A stretch of 64,000 nucleotides of DNA from positions 6,105 to 70,104 of the forward strand of contig SHVT01000001.1 of NCBI GenBank assembly GCA_009694125.1, written 5' to 3'. The DNA is from Rhodospirillaceae bacterium. Lineage in GTDB: Bacteria > Pseudomonadota > Alphaproteobacteria > CACIAM-22H2. Under the pieces are notes generated by a model that had not been told where the DNA came from, searched no databases, and saw only the letters and a list, made by a program, of their open reading frames with translations. Shown in pieces: positions 1-9,886 of the stretch. A program made the position numbers and the translations under genes. Position 1 is the stretch's first letter, and each line of letters opens with the position of its first letter.

Positions 1-749
1 CTCTCCACCCAGTCGCCATCGTTGCAATACAGTACGCCATCGATGTCGCGGATTTCGGCCTTGTGAATGTGGCCACAGACGACGCCCTGCGCGCCGCGCC
101 GGCGCGCCTCGTCCACGACCGCTCGTTTGAAATTGGCGACGTATTTGACCGCGTCCTCCACCCGGCTTTTGAGATAGGCCGCAAGCGACCAATAGGGCAT
201 CCCCAGGCGGCGGCGGATACGGTTAAGGCCATGGTTGGCCGAAAGGGCGAGACCATAGGCTCGGTCGCCGAATTTCGCCAGCCACAGGGCGTACCGAACG
301 ATTCCGTCGAATTCGTCGCCGTGCAGGACCAGCAGCCGCCTGCCGTCCGCAGTGACGTGAACCGTGTCCGAAGCTACGGCAATGCCGCCGAATGCCAGCC
401 GGGCGTAGTCGCGCAGCGCCTCGTCGTGATTGCCGGGGATATAGACGACCTTGGTGCCCGTCCGGGCCTTGCGGAGCAGCGCTTGGATGACGTCGTTGTG
501 TTGCGGCGGCCAATGCCACGATGTCTTCAGGCGCCAGCCGTCGACGATGTCGCCGACGAGGTAGAGATATTCGGATTCGGTGTGTTTGAGAAAATCCAGC
601 AGGCATTCGGCCTTGCATCTGCGCGTGCCGAGATGGACATCGGAGATGAAAATCGCGCGATACCGCCCGCTCGGCGAAGAACCGTCCAAGGAAATGCCTA
701 CCCGTTTCGGCGACGACGCCTTATCGACACCAGCTACGACATCTACCAT
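1..749 (-). CDS. UDP-2,3-diacylglucosamine diphosphatase-like metallophosphoesterase (LpxH family), 3' end runs off the window
   Basis: Not in the ORF track. Manual translation gives RYRAIFISDVHLG...YLVGDIVDGW...YIPGNHD...LHGDEFD...VCGHIH...YCNDGDWVE, the calcineurin-like phosphoesterase motifs. Start is ATG 749 or TTG 689. Confidence 0.85.
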   Translation of the reverse strand, partial: MVDVVAGVDKASSPKRVGISLDGSSPSGRYRAIFISDVHLGTRRCKAECLLDFLKHTESEYLYLVGDIVDGWRLKTSWHWPPQHNDVIQALLRKARTGTKVVYIPGNHDEALRDYARLAFGGIAVASDTVHVTADGRRLLVLHGDEFDGIVRYALWLAKFGDRAYGLALSANHGLNRIRRRLGMPYWSLAAYLKSRVEDAVKYVANFKRAVVDEARRRGAQGVVCGHIHKAEIRDIDGVLYCNDGDWVE

Positions 750-760
750 AGATGGGAACA

Positions 761-1232
761 ATGCGCCGTCGTATCACCGTCATCCATAACCCGGCGGCCG
801 GCCGCAGGAGCCGCCGGTGGCTACGCTCGGTGCTGAAGGATCTCGGCCGCGCTGGCGTCGTGGCGACTCTGGAAACAACGGCGCGGCGCGGCGACGCGGA
901 AGCGCTGGGGCGCGGCCTGGAGGCGGGGAGTTGCGAAGCGCTGGCGGTCGCTGGCGGCGACGGAACGGTCAACGAGGTCGCGAACGGTCTGGAACGGGAA
1001 GGTCCGCCGCTGGCGCACTGGCCGTTGGAACGCGCTGCGTTACGCCACCGCGCTTTGCCTCGGCCGGCTGCACCGGCTGAGGGATGTCAAGGTCGTGGCG
1101 ACACGCCGGGTCGAAATCGCCGAACCCGCGGGTGAGCCGGTTCAGGCCGGCGGCGATATCGTCGCCCACTTGCCGGCGATCATCGAGATTGAGGAAAACG
1201 CGGTGTCGCTGGTCATGCCCGCCGGGAATTAG
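761..1232 (+). pseudogene. Diacylglycerol-kinase-family lipid kinase, internally deleted and frameshifted
   Basis: N-terminus has IHNPAAG and AGGDGTVNEVANG. After PPLA (~1015) a different frame encodes a family-like C-terminus GRWNALRYA...PVQAGGDIVAHLPAIIEI...VSLVMPAGN*. The middle of the protein is missing. Confidence 0.7.
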
Positions 1233-2572
1233 CGCCCGGCGACGGTCATTCCTTCGATCGCGATGGTCGGCGAATCTGTGCCGTATTTGAACACAAGATC
1301 GTTCGCCGGCGTCAGGTTCTTGAACATCTGATTCAAATTCCCGGCGACGGTGACTTCGCTGACCGGATAGGCGAGTTCGCCGTTTTCGATCCAAAAGCCG
1401 GAGGCGCCACGGCTGTAATCGCCGGTCACCATGTTGACGCCCATGCCCATCAGCGAGGTCACGAACAACCCGCTCTTGATGCCGCCAATCAGGTCCTTGG
1501 GCGAAATCTCCCCGGCCTCCATGTAGAGATTCGATGGCGACGGCGAGGGCGTCGAACTCGTCCCGCGCACCCCATGTCCGGTGCTTTTCAGGCCAAGTTG
1601 GCGCGCCGAACGAAGATCGAGAATCCACGTCGTCAGCACGCCTTTGTCGATCACGGCCCGGCGTTTTCCGGCCAAACCCTCGATGTCGAAGGGGCGGGAG
1701 CCGAAGCCGCGCCGGCGCAGCGGATCGTCGATGATGCTGATTCCGGGGCCAAAGACGGCCTGCCCCATCTTGCTTTTGAGGAAACTCGTGCCGCGTGCGA
1801 TTGACGAGCCGTTGATCGCGCCGGCGAGATTGCGGACGATGCCGTTGGCCACCCGTTGCTCGTACACAACCGGCACCTGCGCGGTTTCCGCCTTGCGCGG
1901 GCTCAACCGTCGCACCGCTCGTTCACCGGCGCGGCGGCCGACATCCCGTGGCGATTCCAACTCCGCTCCGTAGATCGCGGTCGTGTAATCGTAGTCGGTC
2001 TCCATGCCGGTGCCTTGGCCGGCGAGCGCGGACACGCTGATGGTCTGGCGCGAGGTCTGGAAGCTGCCGGAAAACCCGTTGCTGGCGACGACGCCGATCA
2101 TGCCCTGACTCCAACCCGCCTCGGCGCCTTCGGAATTGGTGACGCCGGGTACGGCCAGCGCCGCTTCCTCGGCCTCCTTGGCCCGTTCGATCAGGGTCTG
2201 TGGAGTGGGTTCGGTCGAATCGGCCAAATCGAGGTCGGGTATGGCGCGTAGGATGTCCGCCGGGTCCGCGAGGCCGCAATAGGGGTCCTCGGGTGCGGCC
2301 CGCGCCATTGCCACCGATCGCTCCACCAGCTCTTTGAGTGTCTTGGCTGAACGATCGCTGGCCGACACGATGGCCTGCTGGCGGCCGATGAAGACCCGCA
2401 GCCCCAAATCCTGGTTTTCGGATCGCTCCAATCGCTCCGGCTTGCCCAGGCGCTGGGCATGGGACAGCGACGCCCCTTCGACGAGAATGGCGTCGGCCGC
2501 ATCGGCACCAGCCGCGCGGGCACGAGCGACGAGATCGGAGAGAAAATTGAGGGCTTCGGCACCGGTGGTCAT
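1229..2572 (-). CDS. pmbA: TldD/PmbA family metalloprotease subunit (PmbA-like)
   Basis: Motifs GLRVFIG, RPFDIEG, TGDYSRGASGFWIENG, EVTVAGNL, SPTIAIEGMTVAG. Confidence 0.9.
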   Translation of the reverse strand: MTTGAEALNFLSDLVARARAAGADAADAILVEGASLSHAQRLGKPERLERSENQDLGLRVFIGRQQAIVSASDRSAKTLKELVERSVAMARAAPEDPYCGLADPADILRAIPDLDLADSTEPTPQTLIERAKEAEEAALAVPGVTNSEGAEAGWSQGMIGVVASNGFSGSFQTSRQTISVSALAGQGTGMETDYDYTTAIYGAELESPRDVGRRAGERAVRRLSPRKAETAQVPVVYEQRVANGIVRNLAGAINGSSIARGTSFLKSKMGQAVFGPGISIIDDPLRRRGFGSRPFDIEGLAGKRRAVIDKGVLTTWILDLRSARQLGLKSTGHGVRGTSSTPSPSPSNLYMEAGEISPKDLIGGIKSGLFVTSLMGMGVNMVTGDYSRGASGFWIENGELAYPVSEVTVAGNLNQMFKNLTPANDLVFKYGTDSPTIAIEGMTVAGR

Positions 2573-2649
2573 GGCTCTTGATCCGCTCAAGGGGAGGATC
2601 CATCAGATATAGGGCCAGCGCGCCGCGAGCGCCAGTGCGGCCCGGCCGT

Positions 2650-3489
2650 CTATCGGGGCCCGCCCGTGGTCATGGGGTAGTCGCCTTTGTCACCCCGGAA
2701 CGGCAGCGCCAGCATCCACCACAGGGTTTGCCGCCGTTCGGATTGAAACTGCTTCAATCCAATGGTCATGCCGGCATGACCGGCTTCCGGTTGGGCGCGA
2801 TAGGTCCCGAACAGGCGATCCCAGACCGACAGATTGAAGCCGAAATTGCTGTTGGTCTCGCGCACGATGACGGAATGATGAACGCGGTGCATGTCCGGCG
2901 TCACCACGACCTGCCGCAGCCAGCGATTGAGTCTCGCCGGCAAACTTACATTGCCGTGGTTGAACATCGCCGTCGCGTTCAGGATCACCTCGAACAGGAT
3001 GACGGCCTCCGCCGGTACGCCGAGGATGAACACCGCCGCCATCTTGATGAGCATGGAGATGACGATTTCCAGGGGATGGAAACGGATGCCGGTGGTCGTG
3101 TCGAAGTCGGGATCGGCGTGATGCACCATGTGCAGAAGCCAGAAATGCGGCATGGAATGGGCCGCGACATGCTGCCAATAGATGAGCAGATCGAGCAGGA
3201 CGACGGAGCATAAAACGGCCAGCCAGCGCGGCATTGGAACAATGTTGAGCAGCCCCCAACCGACACCTTCGGCCCAGGCCGCGACCCCGACAGCGAGCAC
3301 CGGGAAGACGATCCGCAACACCAACGTGGAAACGACAACGAGGCCGAGATTGTTGATCCAGCGGAAGCCGCGCGACACCAAACGATGCCGCCGTGGCGCG
3401 ATCAGCTCCCACACCGCCATCGCGACCAACACGCCGAGATAGAAGGCCAGCCTGATCGTCGGCTCATTTGTCAGGATGAAATCCCGCAT
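2650..3489 (-). CDS. Sterol desaturase / fatty acid hydroxylase family membrane protein
   Basis: His boxes YWQHVAAH, LHMVHH, FNH, MHRVHHS; NFGFNLSVWDRLFGTY; hydrophobic segments. Confidence 0.88.
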   Translation of the reverse strand: MRDFILTNEPTIRLAFYLGVLVAMAVWELIAPRRHRLVSRGFRWINNLGLVVVSTLVLRIVFPVLAVGVAAWAEGVGWGLLNIVPMPRWLAVLCSVVLLDLLIYWQHVAAHSMPHFWLLHMVHHADPDFDTTTGIRFHPLEIVISMLIKMAAVFILGVPAEAVILFEVILNATAMFNHGNVSLPARLNRWLRQVVVTPDMHRVHHSVIVRETNSNFGFNLSVWDRLFGTYRAQPEAGHAGMTIGLKQFQSERRQTLWWMLALPFRGDKGDYPMTTGGPR

Positions 3490-3500
3490 CTGCCGGGGGC

Positions 3501-5009
3501 CTATTTCCAGATCGGCTTGCCGGCGCCGGGCAGACCGTAGGAAGGCCATTTGCGCGTGACCAGGTCGACGACCTCGTCAGTCATGCGAATCTTGCGGCCC
3601 CATTCGCGGCTGGTCTCCGGCGGCCATTTGTTGGTGGCGTCCAGGCCGATCTTGCCGCCCAGCCCCGATTGCGGCGATGCGAAATCGAGATAGTCGATCG
3701 GCGTGTTCTCAACGATCGTGATGTCGCGCGCCGGGTCCATGCGGGTCGACACCGCCCACATCACGTCCTTCCAGTCGCGGGCGTCGATGTCGTCATCCAC
3801 GACGATGACGAACTTCGTGTACATGAACTGGCGGAGATAGGACCACACCGCCATCATGATTCGCTTGGCGTGGCCGGGATAAGCCTTGCGGATGGACACC
3901 ACCGCGATGCGGTAGGAGCAGCCCTCGGGTGGCAGCCAGAAATCAACGATCTCGGGAAATTGTTGCTGGAGCAGTGGGATGAACACTTCGTTCAGGGCCG
4001 CGCCCAATACCGAAGGTTCGTCCGGCGGCCGCCCGGTGAAGGTCGAGAGGTAGATTGGATCGCGCCTTTGGGTGATGGCGCTAACCGTGAATACGGGGAA
4101 ACGCTCGACCGCGTTGTAATACCCGGTGTGGTCGCCATAAGGCCCCTCGTCGCCATGTTCGCTAAGGCTGACGTGGCCCTCGATGACGATTTCGGCCTGG
4201 GCCGGGACCTTAAGCGGCACACTCACGCAATCGACCAGATCAACACGTTTGCCGCGCAGCAGCCCCGCGAATTGATATTCCGAAAGCGTATCGGGCACCG
4301 GCGTCACCGCGGCCAGGATGGTCCCCGGATCGGCACCGATCACGGCGGCGGCGGGCAGCGGCTCGGCCCGCTCCTCGGCCCAGCGCGCGTGATGCTGGGC
4401 GCCGCCGCGGTGGCGCAGCCAGCGCATGAGTGTGGTGTTGCGGCCGGTCACCTGCATCCGGTAGATGCCGAGGTTGAAATCGTCCTCGCGCCGCTTGCCC
4501 GGCCCCTTGGTGACGACCAGCGGCCAGGTGATAAGCGGCGCCGGCTCGCCCGGCCAGCAGGTCTGGATGGGCAGCTGACTCAGGTCGATGTCGCCGCCGC
4601 GATGGACGATTTCCTGGCAGGGCGCGGCCCCGACCGATCTCGGTTTCATCGCCAGAACGGTCTTGAGCAAAGGCAGCAACTCCATGGCCTCGCGCCAGCC
4701 GCCGGGCGGTTCCGGCTGGCGCAAGAATGCCAGGGTCTCGCCGATTTCGCGCAGCCCACCCGGCTCGCGATCCATGCCCCAGGCCACCCGTTCGACCGTG
4801 CCGAACAGATTGACCAGTACCGGCATGTCGTATCGTCGCCCGCCTGTGCCGATGACGTTTTCGAACAATACGGCCGGCCCCTGTTCGGCGAGCAGACGGG
4901 TCTGGATTTCGGTCATTTCCAGGACCGGCGACACCGGTTCGCGAACACGGATCAGCCGCTGGTCGCGTTCGAGCCGGTCGATGAAATCGCGCAAGGAGGC
5001 GTATGGCAT
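3501..5009 (-). CDS. ubiD: UbiD family decarboxylase (3-polyprenyl-4-hydroxybenzoate decarboxylase)
   Basis: [45 protein letters not shown]. Confidence 0.93.
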   Translation of the reverse strand: MPYASLRDFIDRLERDQRLIRVREPVSPVLEMTEIQTRLLAEQGPAVLFENVIGTGGRRYDMPVLVNLFGTVERVAWGMDREPGGLREIGETLAFLRQPEPPGGWREAMELLPLLKTVLAMKPRSVGAAPCQEIVHRGGDIDLSQLPIQTCWPGEPAPLITWPLVVTKGPGKRREDDFNLGIYRMQVTGRNTTLMRWLRHRGGAQHHARWAEERAEPLPAAAVIGADPGTILAAVTPVPDTLSEYQFAGLLRGKRVDLVDCVSVPLKVPAQAEIVIEGHVSLSEHGDEGPYGDHTGYYNAVERFPVFTVSAITQRRDPIYLSTFTGRPPDEPSVLGAALNEVFIPLLQQQFPEIVDFWLPPEGCSYRIAVVSIRKAYPGHAKRIMMAVWSYLRQFMYTKFVIVVDDDIDARDWKDVMWAVSTRMDPARDITIVENTPIDYLDFASPQSGLGGKIGLDATNKWPPETSREWGRKIRMTDEVVDLVTRKWPSYGLPGAGKPIWK

Positions 5010-5041
5010 GATTGTCGCGGTGGGTGAGGGGACAGTATAAC
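5004..5041 (+). promoter_or_regulatory. Possible promoter for the small divergent gene
   Basis: TTGTCG-N18-TATAAC (5012-5041). An overlapping sigma54-like TGGCAT-N5-TCGC (5004-5018) is also present. Motif only. Confidence 0.3.
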
Positions 5042-5083
5042 GGTCTTTAGGCCCCGTGGCCCAATCCGCGGCGGAGGAATGGA

Positions 5084-5311
5084 ATGAAGCGCTACTGGGT
5101 GGTCGGCGGCGAATACCAGGATACTCGGTTCAAGGAGCTGGCGGCGGGCCGAATCGAGGAACGTTACGGACCGCACCGGCTCTATGCCGAAGCTCGCCGG
5201 GAATGGCAGAACCGCACGATGTCCAGCATCGACAACGCCCATCGTCGATATTTCATCACCGTGGAGACGGAGGCACGGACGCCCCGCCCCAAGCTCAAGC
5301 CAAAGGAATAG
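5084..5311 (+). CDS. DUF4170-like small protein
   Basis: [13 protein letters not shown]...YGP...W...[10 protein letters not shown] pattern; GGAGGA-like RBS upstream. Confidence 0.75.
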   Translation: MKRYWVVGGEYQDTRFKELAAGRIEERYGPHRLYAEARREWQNRTMSSIDNAHRRYFITVETEARTPRPKLKPKE

Positions 5312-5315
5312 GCCT

Positions 5316-6206
5316 TCATTCCACCAAGTGGCGGACGGCGTCGTTCATCGCGATCAGACGCTGGGCCATTAACCGCGCGATCATGCCGTGAAACAGCCCC
5401 GCGACGGCCGGGTCTTGTTTTTCCAACACTTGAAGGTCGCTACCGCTCATCACGACCACGCTCGCGGCCGTGTCGGCAACCAGCGAGGCGGAGCGGCGAC
5501 CGCCGGCATAAAAGGCCATTTCACCGACGACGCTGCCCGGGAGGAACTTGCGCAATCGGATGGCATCGCCATGCCCGAGGCGAAGCATCGCCGACAGCTT
5601 GCCGCGAATCAGGATGTAGATGTCGTTGTTGGGGCCGCCTTCGCGGAAGAGAAATTCCCCGGCCGCGACGTCGCGCTCCTTTAGGTAGGGCAATAGGGCG
5701 CGCGTGCCGTCCTCTCCTGTCAGCAGGCCGTTCAGTATCTCTTTGATCGCGACCTCGCCGGGTTGGTAGCCGGCTTCGGCGAGCAGGCGGTCCTCCGCCC
5801 ATTCCATCGCGTGCCCGGTCTCGGGAAAACACTCATTGGCCGACATGACGCCGGCCGCGATCAGCCAGCCTGCATCGGCGTTCTCCAGGTTTGCAAACAG
5901 CAAACTGATGTCATTGGCCGCAGCATAATGTTTGAGTTTCTTCAGGGCGAAGGCGGCCGACGCGTCCATCCCGCCGAGGTGCCGGCAACCCAGGATGACA
6001 TAACGCACGCTGTGCCGATCGCGTTCGATTCGGTGGCGGATGCGGTCCAGCAGCGACATTGCTGAACCGAAAAAGACGTAGCCCTGCAGCTCGAAAACCA
6101 TGAGCCGATTGCCGCGCTCGGCCAGAATTCGGTTGGCATCGAAGGGTCGCTCCACATTGCTGCGATACTCGATCCCGGACAGCTCGGTCTCTGCCCATTT
6201 CGCGAC
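5316..6206 (-). pseudogene. C-terminal STAS + cyclic-nucleotide-binding part of a SulP-family transporter, membrane domain missing
   Basis: ELSGIEYRSNVERP...FELQGYVFFGSA (STAS) and PGSVVGEMAFY...RSAS (cNMP). In-frame TAG at 6207-6209; only possible start is GTG 6155, inside the conserved region. Confidence 0.65.
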
Positions 6207-6217
6207 CTACCCGATAA

Positions 6218-6898
6218 TCAGGGCAACAGGCGTAGCACGCGGGTGTGTCGGATTTCGCGGTCTTCGAGTTCCAGCGACGTAGGCACGGCGTAAGTGGCGA
6301 TTTCCTCAAGGCCCGCTTGTGGCAGATAGGCACGGCCGGGATCGGCGAGGAGGACCATGGCCGATCCGGCAAAACGGCGCAGCCACGGCACGACACGCTC
6401 CGCCATCGGGCGTTCATAACAGATATCGCCGGCAAGAATGACGTCCCACCGGTTCACGACGCCCGAAGTCAAATCCTCGCCGATGGATTCGATGAGCACG
6501 TCGTTGAGCAAGGCATTCGCGGCCAAGGCCAGACAGGCGACGGGGTCGATGTCGGCGGCGGCGACGGATTTTGCGCCGGCTAGCGCCGCGGCAATGGCGG
6601 CGATGCCGCAGCCCGCGGCGAAATCGAGTACAGCCTTGCCGCGAACCAGGGCCGGGCGATCCAGGATATGCCGGGCCAGGGCCTGGCCGCCCGGCCACGC
6701 AAAGGCCCAATAGGGTGGGGGTGTTCCGGTTTCCTCTAGGAACACCTCCGTGGCCGTCCACAAAGGTGTCACCTCGGTCGCTAAGAGCAGCCGGATTTCG
6801 GGTACCAGGGGTGCGGCGGCAATCCGGGTGTTCGCGGCGATGAAGGCGGCGTAGGCCGCCGCGCCCTCAGCGGAGCGCGGCTGCGATATTGCCGCCAT
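6218..6898 (-). CDS. Class I SAM-dependent protein methyltransferase (METTL20/PrmA-like family)
   Basis: PPPYWAFAWPGGQALAR, VLDFAAGCG, ILAGDICYE, DPGRAYLP; start overlaps the upstream gene by 32 nt. Confidence 0.85.
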   Translation of the reverse strand: MAAISQPRSAEGAAAYAAFIAANTRIAAAPLVPEIRLLLATEVTPLWTATEVFLEETGTPPPYWAFAWPGGQALARHILDRPALVRGKAVLDFAAGCGIAAIAAALAGAKSVAAADIDPVACLALAANALLNDVLIESIGEDLTSGVVNRWDVILAGDICYERPMAERVVPWLRRFAGSAMVLLADPGRAYLPQAGLEEIATYAVPTSLELEDREIRHTRVLRLLP

Positions 6899-8921
6899 CG
6901 ACGGTCAGGATGGCGCCGGTGGTTTTCCGCTGGAGCGCCAGCGCCACGAAAGCCTGGGCGACGTCCTTGGCCTTGACCTCGCGGCCGAGCAAATTGCCGC
7001 TCATGTAGTCGCTCTCGCTCAACCCCCGCGCGGTGGACCGCGATTTGATCATGTCGTCGGTCAGCAATCCGCTGCGCACCCGGTCGGCGTTGATCCCGTT
7101 GACGCAAATTCCATCCCGACCGTAATCGACGGCGTATTGGCGAAGCAGGGACAGAGTCGCGGCTTTGGGCAGGCCATAGGGGCCAAAATCGGGGCCGGGG
7201 TTGACCGCCTGTTTGGTGACGTTGAACAACAAGACACCGCCGGTACCCTGGGCGCGCATGATCCCGACGGCGTTCTTGGCCACGGTTTGGTGTGAAAAGA
7301 AGTTCAGCTCGAAACTCTCCCGCAACACCTTGTCATCGACCTCGCCGATACGGCCGGTCCACGCGGCGCCGGCATTGGAGACGACGATATCGACGCCGCC
7401 GAAGGTGTCGCAAACCCGATCGAACGCCGCCTTGACCGAAGCCGGGTCGGTGACGTCGCAGGCGACGACCAACCCGCCTATGGCATCGTTGCGCTCGCGG
7501 GCGGCGTCGGCGTCACGGTCGAGGATGGCGACCTCGGCGCCTTCGCGGGCAAAGGCGGCCGCGGTCGCCGCGCCGATCCCGCCGGCCCCGCCGGTGATCA
7601 CGGCGACATGCCGCGCCAACGGTTTCTCCGCGTCCTTGCCGAGCTTGGCCTGTTCCAGCGACCAATATTCGATGTCGAAGAGATCGGCCTCGCTCACGCT
7701 CTCGAAGCGCCCGATCGATTCGGCGTCGGTGATGACCTCGATCGCGGCCTCGGCGACATCGGCGGCGATGCGTGCGTCCTTCGCCGATTTGCCTAGGCCG
7801 AACAAACCCAGGCCGGGAACCAGAATGACGCGCGGCATCGGGTCGAGCGGCTTCTTCGGCGTCGCTTGGCGGCGATTGTTGCGCTCGAAATAGGCTCGGT
7901 AATCCGCGATATAGGCGGCGACGGACGCCTGGGCCGCGGCGGCAAATTGCGTCATCTCCCCGGCCGTCGGCGCCGGCGGGAACAGCGGCTTGGGTTTGGT
8001 GCGAATGACGTGATCCGGTGTCGCCACGCCCGCCTGCGCATAACGCGCGGCGTCGGCGCCGTTGACGAAGGCCAGGATGCGCGCGCCGGTGCGGAATTCC
8101 ATGATCTGGCGGCGATAAAGCCCTTCCGCGCGGTCTTCGACCGATGCCACCAGCCCGCGCAGGATCGGCGCGATCTCGGCCTGGGTGGCGGGCGCCGTGG
8201 GCAAACCCGCCGGCACGAACCCCGTGCGGCGTCCCTTGGCCAGCCTTAGCTCGGCCAGCGCGACCAGCGCGATCATCCGGTCATAGGCTTCCTTCGCGGT
8301 GTCGCCGAAGGAAAAGATGCCGTGTTTTAGCAGGACCATGCCTTCAACCGAAGGATGGGCGCGCTGAATCTCGGATGCTTTCTTGGCCAAGGCGAAGCCG
8401 GGCATGATGTAGGGCACGAACGCCACGCGGGTGTCGTAGACCTCGCGGCACAACTCGGCCCCGTTTGGCTGATCGGTCAATGACAGGACGGCGTTGGCGT
8501 GGGTGTGGTCGATGAATTTGTGCGGCAGGAAGGCGTGCAGCAGGGTCTCGACCGATGGATTGGGCGCCGTGCTGTCCAGCAAGTTACATCGCTGCACGTT
8601 GACCATGTCTTCGTCGGTCAGGGCGTCGAGGCCGATCAGCCGGCGCAGCGGATCGAGGCGGACGGCGGGCAGCCCTTCGGGCTCGATCTTGCCCATGTCC
8701 CAGCCGCTGCCCTTGACGCATAACACGTCGAGTTCGTCGCCGAGGATGTCGGTCAAGCGCGTCTTGACCGAGGTGTTGCCGCCGCCGTGAAGGACCAGCC
8801 GGGGCTCGCTGCCAAGCAGGCGCGTTGTGTAGACTCGCAGCGCCAGGTCGCGCCCGACATTGCGCGCGGCGTAGCGGGCCACGATGGCCTCGGCCTCGCG
8901 GTCGGACCAACAATTCTTCAT
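6867..8921 (-). CDS. Bifunctional class II aldolase / short-chain dehydrogenase
   Basis: HGGGNTSVK, PSVETLLH, HTH and HG zinc ligands; C-terminal SDR with TGGAGGIG, NAG, YGLPK. Confidence 0.92.
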   Translation of the reverse strand: MKNCWSDREAEAIVARYAARNVGRDLALRVYTTRLLGSEPRLVLHGGGNTSVKTRLTDILGDELDVLCVKGSGWDMGKIEPEGLPAVRLDPLRRLIGLDALTDEDMVNVQRCNLLDSTAPNPSVETLLHAFLPHKFIDHTHANAVLSLTDQPNGAELCREVYDTRVAFVPYIMPGFALAKKASEIQRAHPSVEGMVLLKHGIFSFGDTAKEAYDRMIALVALAELRLAKGRRTGFVPAGLPTAPATQAEIAPILRGLVASVEDRAEGLYRRQIMEFRTGARILAFVNGADAARYAQAGVATPDHVIRTKPKPLFPPAPTAGEMTQFAAAAQASVAAYIADYRAYFERNNRRQATPKKPLDPMPRVILVPGLGLFGLGKSAKDARIAADVAEAAIEVITDAESIGRFESVSEADLFDIEYWSLEQAKLGKDAEKPLARHVAVITGGAGGIGAATAAAFAREGAEVAILDRDADAARERNDAIGGLVVACDVTDPASVKAAFDRVCDTFGGVDIVVSNAGAAWTGRIGEVDDKVLRESFELNFFSHQTVAKNAVGIMRAQGTGGVLLFNVTKQAVNPGPDFGPYGLPKAATLSLLRQYAVDYGRDGICVNGINADRVRSGLLTDDMIKSRSTARGLSESDYMSGNLLGREVKAKDVAQAFVALALQRKTTGAILTVDGGNIAAALR

Positions 8922-8928
8922 GGCGTGG

Positions 8929-9819
8929 CTAGCGGTTGAACACGCGCCCGGCGACGGCGTCGAGTCGACGGATCATGCCGGGGTCGCGGGCGCCGGGGGC
9001 GGTGATGATGGCCGTGTCGAGCGAGGTGTGGCAGCCCTTCGTGCACACATGGTCGCGATGCCGCAGACGCGGCGCCACCGCCTTGACCAAGGCACGCGCC
9101 TTATCCGCGTTCTCCAGCAGCACCTTCAAGACGGCCTCGACGGTTACGTCCTCGTGATGGGAATGCCAGCAATCGAAGTCGGTGACCATGGCGACGGTCG
9201 CGTAACACATCTCCGCCTCGCGGGCGAGCTTGGCCTCCGGCATGTTGGTCATGCCGATGACGTCGCAGCCCCATGAGCGGTAGAGCTCCGATTCGGCGCG
9301 GGTCGAAAATTGCGGTCCTTCCATCACGAGATAGGTGCCGCCGCGCACAATCGGAAGGCCAAGCTCGCGTCCGGCTTCCTCCAAATGGTCGCCGAGGCGG
9401 CCGCACACCGGATCGGCCATGGACACATGCGCCACCAACCCGGTGTCGAAGAAGGTCTTCTTGCGGGCAAACGTACGATCGATGAATTGATCGACGATGA
9501 CGAACATGCCGGGGGCGAGGTTCTCCCGCAGGCTGCCGACCGCACTCATCGATATGATCTCGGTCACGCCCGCCCGCTTGAGCACGTCGATATTGGCGCG
9601 GAAATTCAGTTCCGACGGGGGCACACGGTGTCCGCGCCCGTGCCGCGGCAGGAAAACCAGATCCTGCCCGTCGAGTTGACCAAAAAGAAGATCGTCCGAC
9701 GGTTCCCCGAAAGGAGACAACATCCGCTCCCAGCGAACATTGTTCAGCCCGTCGATCTCATAGAGGCCGCTACCGCCGATGATGCCGATGACGGGTTTGG
9801 GGGGCAGTGATTTGGGCAT
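8929..9819 (-). CDS. mtnP: S-methyl-5'-thioadenosine phosphorylase
   Basis: GIIGGSGLY, PRHGRGH, EGPQFSTRAES, GMTNMPEAKLAREAE, VTDFDCW. Confidence 0.93.
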   Translation of the reverse strand: MPKSLPPKPVIGIIGGSGLYEIDGLNNVRWERMLSPFGEPSDDLLFGQLDGQDLVFLPRHGRGHRVPPSELNFRANIDVLKRAGVTEIISMSAVGSLRENLAPGMFVIVDQFIDRTFARKKTFFDTGLVAHVSMADPVCGRLGDHLEEAGRELGLPIVRGGTYLVMEGPQFSTRAESELYRSWGCDVIGMTNMPEAKLAREAEMCYATVAMVTDFDCWHSHHEDVTVEAVLKVLLENADKARALVKAVAPRLRHRDHVCTKGCHTSLDTAIITAPGARDPGMIRRLDAVAGRVFNR

Positions 9820-9830
9820 GTCAGACGTCC

Positions 9831-9884
9831 CTCTTGCACGGCGATTGCCTCTTGCACGGCGATTGCCCCTTGCACGGCGATTGC
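9831..9884. repeat. Tandem repeat, 3 x 18 bp (CTCTTGCACGGCGATTGC)
   Basis: Units 9831-9848 and 9849-9866 are identical; 9867-9884 has one mismatch. Confidence 0.95.
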
Positions 9885-9886
9885 AA

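Noticed and set aside
63..836. 257-aa plus-strand ORF, and similar long antisense ORFs such as 3669-5027, 41179-42267 and 59297-61138
   Set aside because: Shadow ORFs of real genes on the opposite strand, expected in high-GC DNA; no family motifs.
9831..9884. Possible CRISPR mini-array
   Set aside because: Units are contiguous with no spacers, only 18 bp long, and no cas genes are present.
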